Part shown: piece by piece, positions 9,860 to 19,422 of the stretch
Numbering within the stretch: the stretch's first letter is position 1
How the letters are laid out: each line of letters starts with the position of its first letter
Source of the DNA: Oceanospirillaceae bacterium
Lineage (GTDB): Bacteria; Pseudomonadota; Gammaproteobacteria; Pseudomonadales; Balneatricaceae
Reading direction: 5' to 3'
Assembly (NCBI GenBank): GCA_029938085.1
Contig: JAPYOS010000001.1
Span: 33,493-97,492, forward strand
Length of the DNA stretch: 64,000 bases
Program-made: the position numbers and the translations under genes
The notes under the pieces: model-generated
What the model was told of the DNA's origin: nothing
Databases searched by the model: none
The model's input: only the letters and a program-made list of their open reading frames with translations

Positions 9860-11128
9860 ATGAATGCAAAGGATGATTCGTCTCTGGTACCTGTGCCAGA
9901 TCTAACGCAACTTAAGTCTGACCTTCAGGACGCCAACGACATTGCCTTAATGGCCTTGAGAGCCAATGGCGAGCTCGGTGTGGTGATTAACTTTTTGGAA
10001 CACAGTTTTTCGTGTGCGGATCACGTGGCCGTGGGCCAGCAAGTCTTTAAGGCCATGCGGGCGTTTGGCTTGTCTTCATCAGTACAGCTAAGAGTCGAGT
10101 CTGGCGCCATTAATATTTGTGATTAAGAGTTTGCTGGCCAAGAGCAAGAATTCCAGTTTTTAAGCCGCTTACGGGACAAAGGCCGAATTTTTGATTTTGG
10201 CCAGCATACCCTTGTCAACTACAATCACATCAGCCTTCTCATCCGTGACATGCCGTTGGACCAACCTGACCGCCACGGCCGCATAAAAGACAACGTTGCG
10301 GTATTGCTCAATGGCGCCGAAGAGCGCATTAAGGCGATTGAAGCAGGCGCAAAAGCCGACTGCATTAAATCTGAATTTTTAGCCAACATGTCGCACGAAT
10401 TACGCACACCGATGCACGCGATTTTAAGCTTTTCGAATATGGGTCATTCTCGCCTACACAAAGTCGATTTAGCCAAACTAGGGCATTATTTTGAGCGTAT
10501 TAAGGTGGGTGGCAACCGCTTATTATTGTTATTGAATGACTTACTGGACCTGTCAAAACTTGAGTCAGGGAAGATGGAATTCCTCATGCAGCAAGGCGAC
10601 CTTGCGGCACTCATCACTCGTGCAGCACAAGAAGTCGAAACCTTAATTACCGACCGTGAGTTGCAGGTGGTTATTGAACCCACGAAGATGAATACGGTGA
10701 CCTATTTTGACGAAGAAAAAATCCTACAAGTGCTAATCAACTTATTGTCCAATGCCATCAAATTCACTCCTGTGGGTAAAAAGATCAGCATCTTTTTTGA
10801 TGCCGATATTAGCGCCCAACCTAAAGGCCAACACCTAGACAAAGACCTATTGACCTTAGTGGTGGACGACCAGGGGTTAGGCATCCCGCCGGGCGAAGAA
10901 GCTTCCATTTTTGACAAGTTCATTCAAAGCAGTAAAACCAACACCGGCGCAGGTGGAACGGGGCTTGGTTTATCCATCGTACAAGAAATAGTTACCGCCC
11001 ATAATGGCTATATTGCAGCCACGGGCAACCCCGATGGCGGAGCACGTTTTCGTTTTAGTTTGCCTATAATTACCGGCGACAATGCAGGCACCGAAGCGGA
11101 TACTGAAAACGAAGTGGATATTTTCTAA
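9860..11128 (+). pseudogene. Sensor histidine kinase (HisKA + HATPase) interrupted by one in-frame TAA at 10124-10126
   Basis: ORFs 9815-10126 and 10250-11128 share one frame. Translation past the TAA is open (EFAGQEQEFQFLSRLRDKGRIFDFGQHTLVNYNHISLLIRD-MPLDQ). The C-terminal part has the H-box FLANMSHELRTP, N-box NLLSNAIKF and G-boxes DQGLGI and GTGLGLSI. Confidence 0.85.
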
Positions 11129-11214
11129 TATAGTCACCTTTGTGTGATTGACAGCGCGCTCCTAGCGCGGCTTAATAGCACTTATCCCACCCTTAAAGGC
11201 TAAAGGTATTTACC

Positions 11215-12543
11215 GTGATCGAAACCAATCAACAATACGTGAACTGGTTCCGCCACTCTGCGCCCTATATTAATGCTCACAGAGGCCGAACCTTTGTCAT
11301 TTATCTACCGGGTGAAGCCTTAGCCAACGCCAACTTTGCCCATACCATTCACGACATAAACCTACTTAATAGCCTAGGTGTGAAGTTAGTATTGGTGCAT
11401 GGCAGTCGCCCCCAAATTCAGACTGCGTCAAGCAAAGCCAATGTCGAAACCCACTTTCACAACGGCCTACGCATTACCAACCTAGAGCAGCTCGCTTTAG
11501 TGCAAGCCACAGTAGGCCGCCAAGCCATGCAGCTGGAAGCCCGTTTTTCCATGGGTTTAGCCAATTCACCCATGCAAGGATCGCGTATTAGAACCAGCCG
11601 CGGCAACTTTATTACTGCTCGTCCTATTGGCATTAAAAACGGGGTCGATTTCTCCTATACCGGCGAAGTCCGCAGGGTGGATGCCGAGGCCATCGGCAAG
11701 CAACTTAACGATGGCAATTTGGTGCTCATTTCCTGTTTAGGTTATTCACCCACCGGCGAAACCTTTAACTTAGCCGCGGCACAAGTGGCAGGGCGAGTTG
11801 CCGCTAGCCTACAGGCAGACAAATTAATTGTTTTTGGTGCAGACAAAGGCATCACCAATTCCCGAGGCGAGCAAGTGGTTGAATTACTCACCCGTGCAGG
11901 CCACCGCTTAGTACATCAGCATCAAAATAGTGGCGACAGCTGGAGCGACCTGTCGATGCACATTGATGTGCTTTCCAGGGCCTGTGACGCCGGCGTTGCC
12001 CGTGGCCACTTACTGAGCTATAAAGAAGATGGCGCTTTGTTAAGTGAACTATTTAGCCGCGACGGCTCTGGCACAATGGTCATCAAAGAAAGCTACGAAC
12101 AGGTGCGCAACGCCTGTATTGATGATGTGGGTGGTATTTTACAACTCATTCGCCCATTAGAAGATGATGGCGTGTTGGTGCGCCGTTCACGTGAATTACT
12201 CGAGTCAGAAATACACTATTTTAGCGTTATAGAGCGCGACGGGGCTATTATTGGTTGTGCGGCCTTGTATCCGTTTGATGATGCGCGGCAGGGAGAATTA
12301 GCCTGCATGGCCATCGATTCTAGCTACCGGGGTGGCGATCGCGGCCAAATCTTATTAAAGCACATAGAAAAGCAATCCAGTCACATGGGATTGCAAACCC
12401 TATTTGTGCTCACCACTGCGTCATCGCATTGGTTTATTGAAAATGGTTTTGTCAGTGCTGTGCTTGAAGAATTGCCCACAAGCCGCCAGTCTCTGTATAA
12501 TTTCCAACGTAACTCCCAAGTCTTTAGTAAACAATTGCTTTAG
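11215..12543 (+). CDS. argA: Amino-acid N-acetyltransferase (N-acetylglutamate synthase)
   Basis: N-terminus WFRHSAPYINAHRGRTFV, an amino-acid-kinase-like domain and a C-terminal GNAT domain (LVRRSRELLE). Confidence 0.96.
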   Translation: MIETNQQYVNWFRHSAPYINAHRGRTFVIYLPGEALANANFAHTIHDINLLNSLGVKLVLVHGSRPQIQTASSKANVETHFHNGLRITNLEQLALVQATVGRQAMQLEARFSMGLANSPMQGSRIRTSRGNFITARPIGIKNGVDFSYTGEVRRVDAEAIGKQLNDGNLVLISCLGYSPTGETFNLAAAQVAGRVAASLQADKLIVFGADKGITNSRGEQVVELLTRAGHRLVHQHQNSGDSWSDLSMHIDVLSRACDAGVARGHLLSYKEDGALLSELFSRDGSGTMVIKESYEQVRNACIDDVGGILQLIRPLEDDGVLVRRSRELLESEIHYFSVIERDGAIIGCAALYPFDDARQGELACMAIDSSYRGGDRGQILLKHIEKQSSHMGLQTLFVLTTASSHWFIENGFVSAVLEELPTSRQSLYNFQRNSQVFSKQLL

Positions 12544-12574
12544 CCACTAACCCTTATTAAAAGATACTTTTATC

Positions 12575-14419
12575 ATGCCAGCTTATCGTTCTAAAACTTC
12601 CACTTCCGGCCGTAACATGGCAGGCGCACGTTCTTTATGGCGCGCCACTGGCATGACTGATGCCGATTTTCAAAAGCCGATCATCGCCGTAGTTAACTCC
12701 TTTACCCAATTTGTGCCTGGCCATGTTCACCTAAAAGACATGGGGCAGCTGGTCGCCCGTGAGATAGAAAAAGCCGGCGGCGTGGCTAAAGAATTTAACA
12801 CCATCGCCGTTGATGACGGCATTGCCATGGGCCATGACGGCATGCTCTATTCGCTGCCATCACGAGACATTATTGCCGACTCTGTTGAGTACATGGTAAA
12901 CGCCCACTGTGCCGATGCCATGGTGTGTATCTCTAACTGTGACAAAATCACCCCAGGCATGTTAATGGCTGCTATGCGCCTAAACATTCCCTGCGTTTTC
13001 GTTTCTGGTGGCCCCATGGAAGCCGGTAAAACCAAACTAGGCGAACGTAAACTCGACTTAGTTGATGCCATGGTTATCGCCGTAGACGACACCGCCAGTG
13101 ACGAAAAAGTAGCCGAGTACGAACGCTCTGCATGCCCAACCTGTGGTTCTTGTTCTGGCATGTTTACCGCCAACTCAATGAACTGTCTCACCGAGGCCTT
13201 AGGTTTGTCTTTACCAGGCAACGGCAGCTTATTGGCCACCCATGCCGATCGTGAAGAATTATTTTTACAAGCCGGTCGCACCATAGTAGAGCTATGTAAG
13301 CGTTACTACGACAATGATGACCAAGCCGCTTTGCCACGCAATATCGCCAGCTTCAAAGCCTTTGAAAATGCCATGTGCTTAGACATTGCCATGGGTGGTT
13401 CTACCAACACTATCTTGCACTTATTAGCAGCAGCCCAAGAAGGCGACGTTGACTTTGACATGTCTAACATTGATCAACTTTCTCGAAAAGTGCCACAACT
13501 GTGTAAAGTAGCACCCAATACACCCAAGTATCATATGGAAGATGTGCACCGCGCCGGTGGCGTATTTGGCATTTTAGGCGAACTCAACCGCGCCGGTTTA
13601 TTACACGCAGACCTACCCACCGTACACAGCCCCACCATGGCGGCTGGTATTGCTAAGTGGGACATCGCCACAACTGATGACGCCGCTGTAAAGACTTTCT
13701 ACCAAGCCGGCCCTGCAGGCATTCCTACACAAACGGCCTTTAGCCAAGCCACACGCTGGCCTAGTGTCGACGACGACCGCGCCGAAGGCTGTATTCGTAA
13801 CTTAGCCAATGCTTACTCCACCGAAGGTGGTCTTGCAGTACTGACAGGCAACCTTGCCGCAGACGGCTGCGTAGTGAAAACTTCGGGTGTTGACGAAAGC
13901 ATTTGGGTATTTGAAGGCCCAGCCTACATTTGCGAAAGCCAAGATCAAGCGGTAGCCGACATTTTAAGTGATCGGGTTAAAGCTGGTGATGTGGTCGTTA
14001 TCCGTTACGAAGGCCCGCGTGGTGGCCCGGGTATGCAGGAAATGCTATACCCCACCAGCTACCTTAAGTCTAAAGGCTTAGGCAAAGCCTGCGCGTTATT
14101 AACCGATGGCCGTTTTTCTGGCGGCACCTCCGGCTTATCAATTGGCCACGTGTCTCCAGAAGCGGCTGGCGGTGGCACCATCGCGTTGGTTGAGCAAGGT
14201 GATCGTATTCGTATTGATATCCCTAACCGTACCATTGATGTATTAGTCTCGGATACAGAGCTTGCAAGCCGCCGCGCTGCCATGGATGCGAAAGGTAAAC
14301 AAGGCTGGCAACCTGCGGCTGAACGGCCTCGTAAGGTCACCTCGGCCCTTAAGGCATACGCTAAGATGGTCACCAGTGCCGATAAGGGTGCGGTGCGAGA
14401 CGTGTCCTTACTCGACTAG
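12575..14419 (+). CDS. ilvD: Dihydroxy-acid dehydratase
   Basis: [19 protein letters not shown] start, [26 protein letters not shown] and TDGRFSGG. Confidence 0.98.
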   Translation: MPAYRSKTSTSGRNMAGARSLWRATGMTDADFQKPIIAVVNSFTQFVPGHVHLKDMGQLVAREIEKAGGVAKEFNTIAVDDGIAMGHDGMLYSLPSRDIIADSVEYMVNAHCADAMVCISNCDKITPGMLMAAMRLNIPCVFVSGGPMEAGKTKLGERKLDLVDAMVIAVDDTASDEKVAEYERSACPTCGSCSGMFTANSMNCLTEALGLSLPGNGSLLATHADREELFLQAGRTIVELCKRYYDNDDQAALPRNIASFKAFENAMCLDIAMGGSTNTILHLLAAAQEGDVDFDMSNIDQLSRKVPQLCKVAPNTPKYHMEDVHRAGGVFGILGELNRAGLLHADLPTVHSPTMAAGIAKWDIATTDDAAVKTFYQAGPAGIPTQTAFSQATRWPSVDDDRAEGCIRNLANAYSTEGGLAVLTGNLAADGCVVKTSGVDESIWVFEGPAYICESQDQAVADILSDRVKAGDVVVIRYEGPRGGPGMQEMLYPTSYLKSKGLGKACALLTDGRFSGGTSGLSIGHVSPEAAGGGTIALVEQGDRIRIDIPNRTIDVLVSDTELASRRAAMDAKGKQGWQPAAERPRKVTSALKAYAKMVTSADKGAVRDVSLLD

Positions 14420-14439
14420 ATTGTTGGGCTGCGTCTTTG

Positions 14440-15013
14440 CGAAGGCGTAGCCTGTGGCAATCCATGGTTTTGTGTTCTTTATTTGGTTGCTCAAAGAATA
14501 AAGTAACCAAAAAGAAAGAGCAGCCACTCGGCGGCCCCTGATTACATCAGTGCCTACACTGCGTTTCTCATTCCAGCCGTGCCTCCGTGATGGGCCATCC
14601 TTGGCCCACACTCCAGTCGCCTGCATCCATGCAGACGCCCCTTTGGGCTATGACGGTTTCCACTGCGATACTCGTCACCTCATATGGCCATTGGTAAATC
14701 GTGCCAACGGCTAATAATGTACAGAATTGCACGATTTATTAGATGCCATGAGACGCACTGAGCATCGCAGTGGCGGGAGGAATAGCCTGCAAGGTGGTGT
14801 GCATGGATGCACACCATGAGGTTGAGCGACAAGGATGTCGCATCAGCCGAACCCGATCAGAGCGAGAAGCGCAAGGTGCCCCGCAGGGGTGCGGAGCAGC
14901 TGTGCTTTCTTTTTGGTTACTTTATTCTTTGCACACGCAAAGAAAAAGTCACTCGCCGTAGGCGAAATATATTAAGAACACAAAACCATGGATTGCCACA
15001 GGCTTCGCTTTCG
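14440..15013. mobile_element. Non-coding palindromic element (MITE/REP-like) between convergent ilvD and folA
   Basis: 40-bp terminal inverted repeats at 14440-14479 and 14974-15013 (38/40 identical). An exact 27-bp inverted pair lies at 14492-14518 / 14905-14931, a 13/14 pair at 14660-14673 / 14760-14773, and an exact 10-bp central pair at 14695-14704 / 14729-14738. No transposase and no target-site duplication were seen. Confidence 0.7.
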
Positions 15014-15023
15014 GGAAGGTGGG

Positions 15024-15527
15024 TTAGGCGCGATCTAGCACCAGATAACTAAAATCAAACGGGTTAGGTTCAGCCGCCGCAACATCTTCACGGGCCACTT
15101 CAGTCCACTGCTCAGATTCCAGCTCAGGGAAAAATGCATCACCCTCAACATGGCGATGGACCCGCGTTAGATACACTCTATCTGCCAAGGCTAAAGACTC
15201 TGCGTAGATCTGAGCACCACCGATGATCATCACTTCCTGAGCGCCATTAATAAGGTTAATGCTTGCGCCTAACTCAATGGCAGCCGCTAGGCTGGACACC
15301 AGCTTAATGCCTTCAGCGGCGTAATCCGTTTGGCGGCTAATCACAATATTGTCCCGCCCGGGTAGTGGCTTGCCAATCGACTCAAAGGTCTTGCGGCCCA
15401 TAATCACCGGCTTACCTAAGGTCATGGCCTTGAAGTACTGTAAATCGCCCGGTAGATACCAAGGCAACTGGTTATTACGGCCAATAACATTGTTTTCAGA
15501 GGCGGCCACGATTAATGCTAAGGTCAT
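15024..15527 (-). CDS. folA: Dihydrofolate reductase
   Basis: [32 protein letters not shown] and IIGGAQIY. Confidence 0.97.
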   Translation of the reverse strand: MTLALIVAASENNVIGRNNQLPWYLPGDLQYFKAMTLGKPVIMGRKTFESIGKPLPGRDNIVISRQTDYAAEGIKLVSSLAAAIELGASINLINGAQEVMIIGGAQIYAESLALADRVYLTRVHRHVEGDAFFPELESEQWTEVAREDVAAAEPNPFDFSYLVLDRA

Positions 15528-16318
15528 ACTGCTACTGCTCCTTTGATATGCGCATGGGATTGGTAATCTTGCAATTCAAAGTCTTCAAACTTAAACCCAA
15601 AAATATCATCTACGGCGGGATTGATACGCATCGTCGGTAACGCCATGGTGTCACGCGACAATTGCAAATCCACTTGCTCTAAGTGGTTGCTGTACAGGTG
15701 AGCATCGCCCAAGGTATGCACAAAATCGCCTACTTCAAGGCCACAGACTTGGGCGATCATCATCGTTAACAAAGCATAACTGGCAATGTTAAATGGCACT
15801 CCCAAAAATATGTCTGCGCTACGCTGATAAAGCTGGCATGAGAGTTTGCCATCGGCTACGTAGAACTGAAACATCATATGACATGGCGGCAAGGCCATGC
15901 GTTCTACGTCGGCCACATTCCATGCACTAACAATGAGACGACGGGAATCTGGATTGTTTTTAATCTGTTCAATAAGCTGACTAATTTGATCGATATGACC
16001 ACCATCCGGCTTTGGCCAAGAGCGCCATTGAGAACCGTACACTGGGCCTAAATTACCTTTCTCATCAGCCCATTCGTCCCAGATACGCACACCATTTTCC
16101 TGCAAATACTGGATATTGGTGGAGCCCTGCAAAAACCACAACAGTTCATGGATGATAGACTTCAAATGTAACTTTTTGGTGGTAAGAGCAGGGAAACCTT
16201 GGCTCAGGTCAAAGCGCATTTGGTATCCAAATACGCTAACGGTGCCAGTACCGGTGCGGTCTTGTTTGAGCGCACCTTGGTCGCGCACGTGGCGCATGAG
16301 TTGCAGATATTGTTGCAT
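15524..16318 (-). CDS. thyA: Thymidylate synthase
   Basis: DRTGTGT, MALPPCH and [18 protein letters not shown]. Confidence 0.98.
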   Translation of the reverse strand: MQQYLQLMRHVRDQGALKQDRTGTGTVSVFGYQMRFDLSQGFPALTTKKLHLKSIIHELLWFLQGSTNIQYLQENGVRIWDEWADEKGNLGPVYGSQWRSWPKPDGGHIDQISQLIEQIKNNPDSRRLIVSAWNVADVERMALPPCHMMFQFYVADGKLSCQLYQRSADIFLGVPFNIASYALLTMMIAQVCGLEVGDFVHTLGDAHLYSNHLEQVDLQLSRDTMALPTMRINPAVDDIFGFKFEDFELQDYQSHAHIKGAVAV

Positions 16319-16378
16319 AGCTATGGCTTTCTGTTGGCTCAGTTTAGAGGCTTAATTTAGAGATTTATTTTACCCTTT

Positions 16379-17155
16379 TTAGCTCGGCATAGGGGCTTTA
16401 CGTAGTAATAAATACACACCTAGGGCCACCATTGGTAACGATAAGAATTGGCCTTGAGTCATCCAATCAAAGGCCACAAAATTGAGGTGTGCATCAGGCT
16501 GACGAGCAAACTCAACCACCAAGCGCTGAGCACCATACCCCAGCAAAAACAAACCAGACACGCGTAATGCAGGTCTCGGTTTGGCGGAATAAACCCAAAC
16601 TAACGCAAACAACAACACCCCTTCTAAGGCAAATTGATACAATTGTGACGGGTGCCGAGCTAATGCGTCGACGTGGGGAAACACCATACCCCAAGGCATA
16701 TCAGTGGGCCGGCCCCATAATTCGCCACCAATAAAGTTACCTAAACGACCTGCGCCTAGACCAATAGGTACGATAGGCGCGACAAAGTCCATGACTTGGT
16801 AAAATTTGAAGTGATGTTTGCGCGCAAACCAAATCACCCCAACAATAACGCCGATCAAGCCACCATGAAAACTCATGCCGCCATCCCATACTCGGATCAA
16901 CAAACTCGGTTGGGCTAAAAAAGCCTCAAATTGGTAGAACAAAACGTACCCCAGCCGGCCTCCCAGAACCACGCCTACAGCGCCAAAAAAAATCAAGTCA
17001 CTGACTTGGTCTTTGCTAAAGCCGTGCATCGCTGCACGCCGGTTGCCAAGCCAAAGGGCCGAACCAAAAGCCAATAGGTACATCACGCCATACCAATGAA
17101 TGGCAACGGGGCCTAATTGAATCAACACTGGGTCAATATTGGGAAACATCAACAT
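16379..17155 (-). CDS. lgt: Prolipoprotein diacylglyceryl transferase
   Basis: [29 protein letters not shown] and HPSQLY. Start set at ATG 17155 with AAGGA upstream (track start 17215). Confidence 0.96.
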   Translation of the reverse strand: MLMFPNIDPVLIQLGPVAIHWYGVMYLLAFGSALWLGNRRAAMHGFSKDQVSDLIFFGAVGVVLGGRLGYVLFYQFEAFLAQPSLLIRVWDGGMSFHGGLIGVIVGVIWFARKHHFKFYQVMDFVAPIVPIGLGAGRLGNFIGGELWGRPTDMPWGMVFPHVDALARHPSQLYQFALEGVLLFALVWVYSAKPRPALRVSGLFLLGYGAQRLVVEFARQPDAHLNFVAFDWMTQGQFLSLPMVALGVYLLLRKAPMPS

Positions 17156-17163
17156 ATTTGTCC

Positions 17164-17958
17164 TTAAAACCACATGCTTATTAACATTCGCAAACCCACC
17201 AATAACAGCATCCATGCAAATAAACGCTTTAGCATTTGGGATGATAATTGGTGGGCAATTTTAGCGCCGTAGTTAGCTGCTATAACGCTGGTAGAGGCAA
17301 TACCAAGTAGTGCAGGTAAGTAGATATACCCCAGACTATAGTTAGGTAAAATTGGGTTGCCCCAACCTAACGCAGCATTGGAAATAGCGCCAGAAATAGC
17401 GATCGAAAAACCACAAGCGCTGGCTGTGGCCACCGCTTTTTGCATAACTAATTGACGGTTTGATAACCACGACACCAGCAAGTTACCACCACCAATACCA
17501 AACAGCGCCGAAACCCAGCCGATAAATACACCCGTGGCACCCAAACCTAAGGTAGTTGGCAGTGTTAACTTTCCCAGTTGTGCCGCAGACAACATCATTC
17601 TTAAACTTAGGAAAATGGCAAAGGCGCCAAAACTGGCCTGCAGGTAGATCGCTGGAATAGACAAGGCCGTGTTGACACCAATAAACGAGCCTAGCAGCAT
17701 GCCCACTGCAATAGGTTTCACCAAAAACCACTCAATGGCACCTTTTTTATGATGGGTACGGATCGCGCTCAAGGAGGTAAATATTATATTAGCCAAGGAG
17801 GTTGCAATAGCCATGTAAAAAACGACTTCAGGGTTAATACCCTGCAAATTAAACGCCAATACCAGTACAGGTACAACAATAACACCCCCACCAATACCAA
17901 ATAGGCCGGCCAATAATCCAGCAATTGCGCCAAGGGCCATATAAGCGATAAAAATCAT
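17164..17958 (-). CDS. Sulfite exporter TauE/SafE family membrane protein
   Basis: Repeated GLFGIGGG and ALFGIGGG motifs in a hydrophobic 264-aa protein. Confidence 0.85.
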   Translation of the reverse strand: MIFIAYMALGAIAGLLAGLFGIGGGVIVVPVLVLAFNLQGINPEVVFYMAIATSLANIIFTSLSAIRTHHKKGAIEWFLVKPIAVGMLLGSFIGVNTALSIPAIYLQASFGAFAIFLSLRMMLSAAQLGKLTLPTTLGLGATGVFIGWVSALFGIGGGNLLVSWLSNRQLVMQKAVATASACGFSIAISGAISNAALGWGNPILPNYSLGYIYLPALLGIASTSVIAANYGAKIAHQLSSQMLKRLFAWMLLLVGLRMLISMWF

Positions 17959-18037
17959 GTATTCACATCTAGGTAAGAAAGACGCTATTATCTACGCTAC
18001 GCACCTCAAGCGCAAAGTTTAGGACACAAATCCAACC

Positions 18038-18814
18038 ATGTGCCTCATTGTATTCGCCCACCAGCTCAGTACCGATTACCCTCTTGTCATGGCCGCCAAC
18101 CGTGATGAATTTCGCCAACGGCCGACCCAAAATATGTTTTGGTGGCCTAACATAGACATCTTGGCAGGCAAGGACCTAGCAGCGGGAGGCACTTGGTTAG
18201 CACTACACAAAGACGGCCGCTGGGCGGCGGTGACCAATTTTCGGCGCGGGTTCAAAAGCCCCAGCCCGGCGCTCTACTCCCGCGGCCACTTGGCGCTAGA
18301 TTTCCTCAGCCAAACAGGAGCAGGCTTAGCCTTTGCGCAAGCATTAGAGACCACACAATTGGCAGGTTTTAACTTATTGCTGTGGGACAATAAAGAGCTG
18401 GTATTTTGTTCCAATGGGGCACCCACCAAACCCGCAGTACTGGAACCTGGGCTATATGCCTTAAGCAATGGTACTTTAGATAGTCATTGGCCGAAAATGC
18501 AGCATGTAAAAGACCAGCTAGAGCGTTCACACACCCAGCCACCGCAGCACGCACAATTGCAAACCATGATGCAACATAACACCCCAGCGTCAGACCACCT
18601 ACTGCCGCAAACAGGCATTTCCCTCGCCTGGGAACGGCGGCTGTCGGCATGTTTTATTGATGCCCCTGAGTATGATTACGGCACCCGCACCTGTATTAGT
18701 TTATGGCGCGACCAGTGGGGCAGCATAGACGTACAAGAAACCTGTTTTGATACGCCCACCCCTATCCAACAAAATTTTAGCTGGACCTATAAAACCCCAT
18801 GCACAACAGCTTGA
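18038..18814 (+). CDS. NRDE/TANGO2 family protein
   Basis: MCLIVF start, ANRDEF..RPT, GGTWL, VTNFR and YGTR. Confidence 0.9.
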   Translation: MCLIVFAHQLSTDYPLVMAANRDEFRQRPTQNMFWWPNIDILAGKDLAAGGTWLALHKDGRWAAVTNFRRGFKSPSPALYSRGHLALDFLSQTGAGLAFAQALETTQLAGFNLLLWDNKELVFCSNGAPTKPAVLEPGLYALSNGTLDSHWPKMQHVKDQLERSHTQPPQHAQLQTMMQHNTPASDHLLPQTGISLAWERRLSACFIDAPEYDYGTRTCISLWRDQWGSIDVQETCFDTPTPIQQNFSWTYKTPCTTA

Positions 18815-19422
18815 TTTTTATTAATGGTCTAGCCCTGAGTGCCGGGCTGATTATTGCCATTGGCGCTCAAAATGCCTTTCTTCTCAACCGTGCATTACGG
18901 TGTCAACACCAATACGCTATTGCCTGGTTTTGTAGCATTGCCGACGCCAGCCTTATTTGTTTGGGTATTTTTGGTATGGGATCACTGGTGCAAGCGCAAC
19001 CCCAACTATTGTTCTGGATCACTTGTGGTGGGGCCGTATTTTTGCTGCTATACGGTGCTTTATCTTTTCGGTCAGCTGCTATGCAGCATACAATGACAAG
19101 GGACTCTGGCAATAGTGAATACTCACTTATCAAAGCCCTCACTATCACCGCAAGTCTAAGCCTATTAAACCCCCATGTCTATTTGGACACGGTGGTTTTG
19201 CTGGGCGGCATTAGCACTCAATACTTAGGCCTAGAAAAAATATGGTTTGGCGCAGGCGCGGTGAGCGCTTCATTTATATGGTTTTTTGGTTTGGCTTGGG
19301 GTGCACAATGGCTCATGCCACTATTCAAAAATCCCACTGCGTGGCGGGTATTGGATGGGCTAATTGGGTTGATAATGTGGGTGATCTCGGCCAGCTTAAT
19401 CGTCCACATAACGGCTATGTAA
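18799..19422 (+). CDS. LysE/ArgO family amino-acid exporter
   Basis: LIIAIGAQNAFLL and SLLNPHVYLDTVVLLG are ArgO/LysE motifs. Confidence 0.88.
   Translation: MHNSLIFINGLALSAGLIIAIGAQNAFLLNRALRCQHQYAIAWFCSIADASLICLGIFGMGSLVQAQPQLLFWITCGGAVFLLLYGALSFRSAAMQHTMTRDSGNSEYSLIKALTITASLSLLNPHVYLDTVVLLGGISTQYLGLEKIWFGAGAVSASFIWFFGLAWGAQWLMPLFKNPTAWRVLDGLIGLIMWVISASLIVHITAM

Noticed and set aside
10124-10126. Programmed recoding (selenocysteine or pyrrolysine) of the kinase stop
   Set aside because: The stop is TAA, not TGA or TAG.
11148-11180. TTGACA promoter and possible ArgR box upstream of argA
   Set aside because: The -35 is perfect, but there is no good -10 at 16-18 nt spacing and no recognisable ARG box, so it is not supportable as a feature.
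14440-15013. CRISPR array or autonomous IS interpretation of the repeat
   Set aside because: The repeats are inverted rather than direct and regularly spaced. There are no unique spacers, no cas genes and no transposase ORF.
14408-15052. Short ORFs over the palindromic element (14408-14626 -, 14770-14961 +, 14807-15052 +), with LSFWLLYSL / FLFGYFIL segments
   Set aside because: They are translations of the inverted repeat; the same peptide appears on both strands. There is no RBS or known motif, so the region is better explained as non-coding.
19396-19422. Convergent 3' overlap of ptsP and the LysE exporter (and the TAA-ATG junctions at ftsH/folP and gcvH/rlmI)
   Set aside because: Short overlaps and abutting genes are common in compact genomes, and nothing here indicates a special mechanism.
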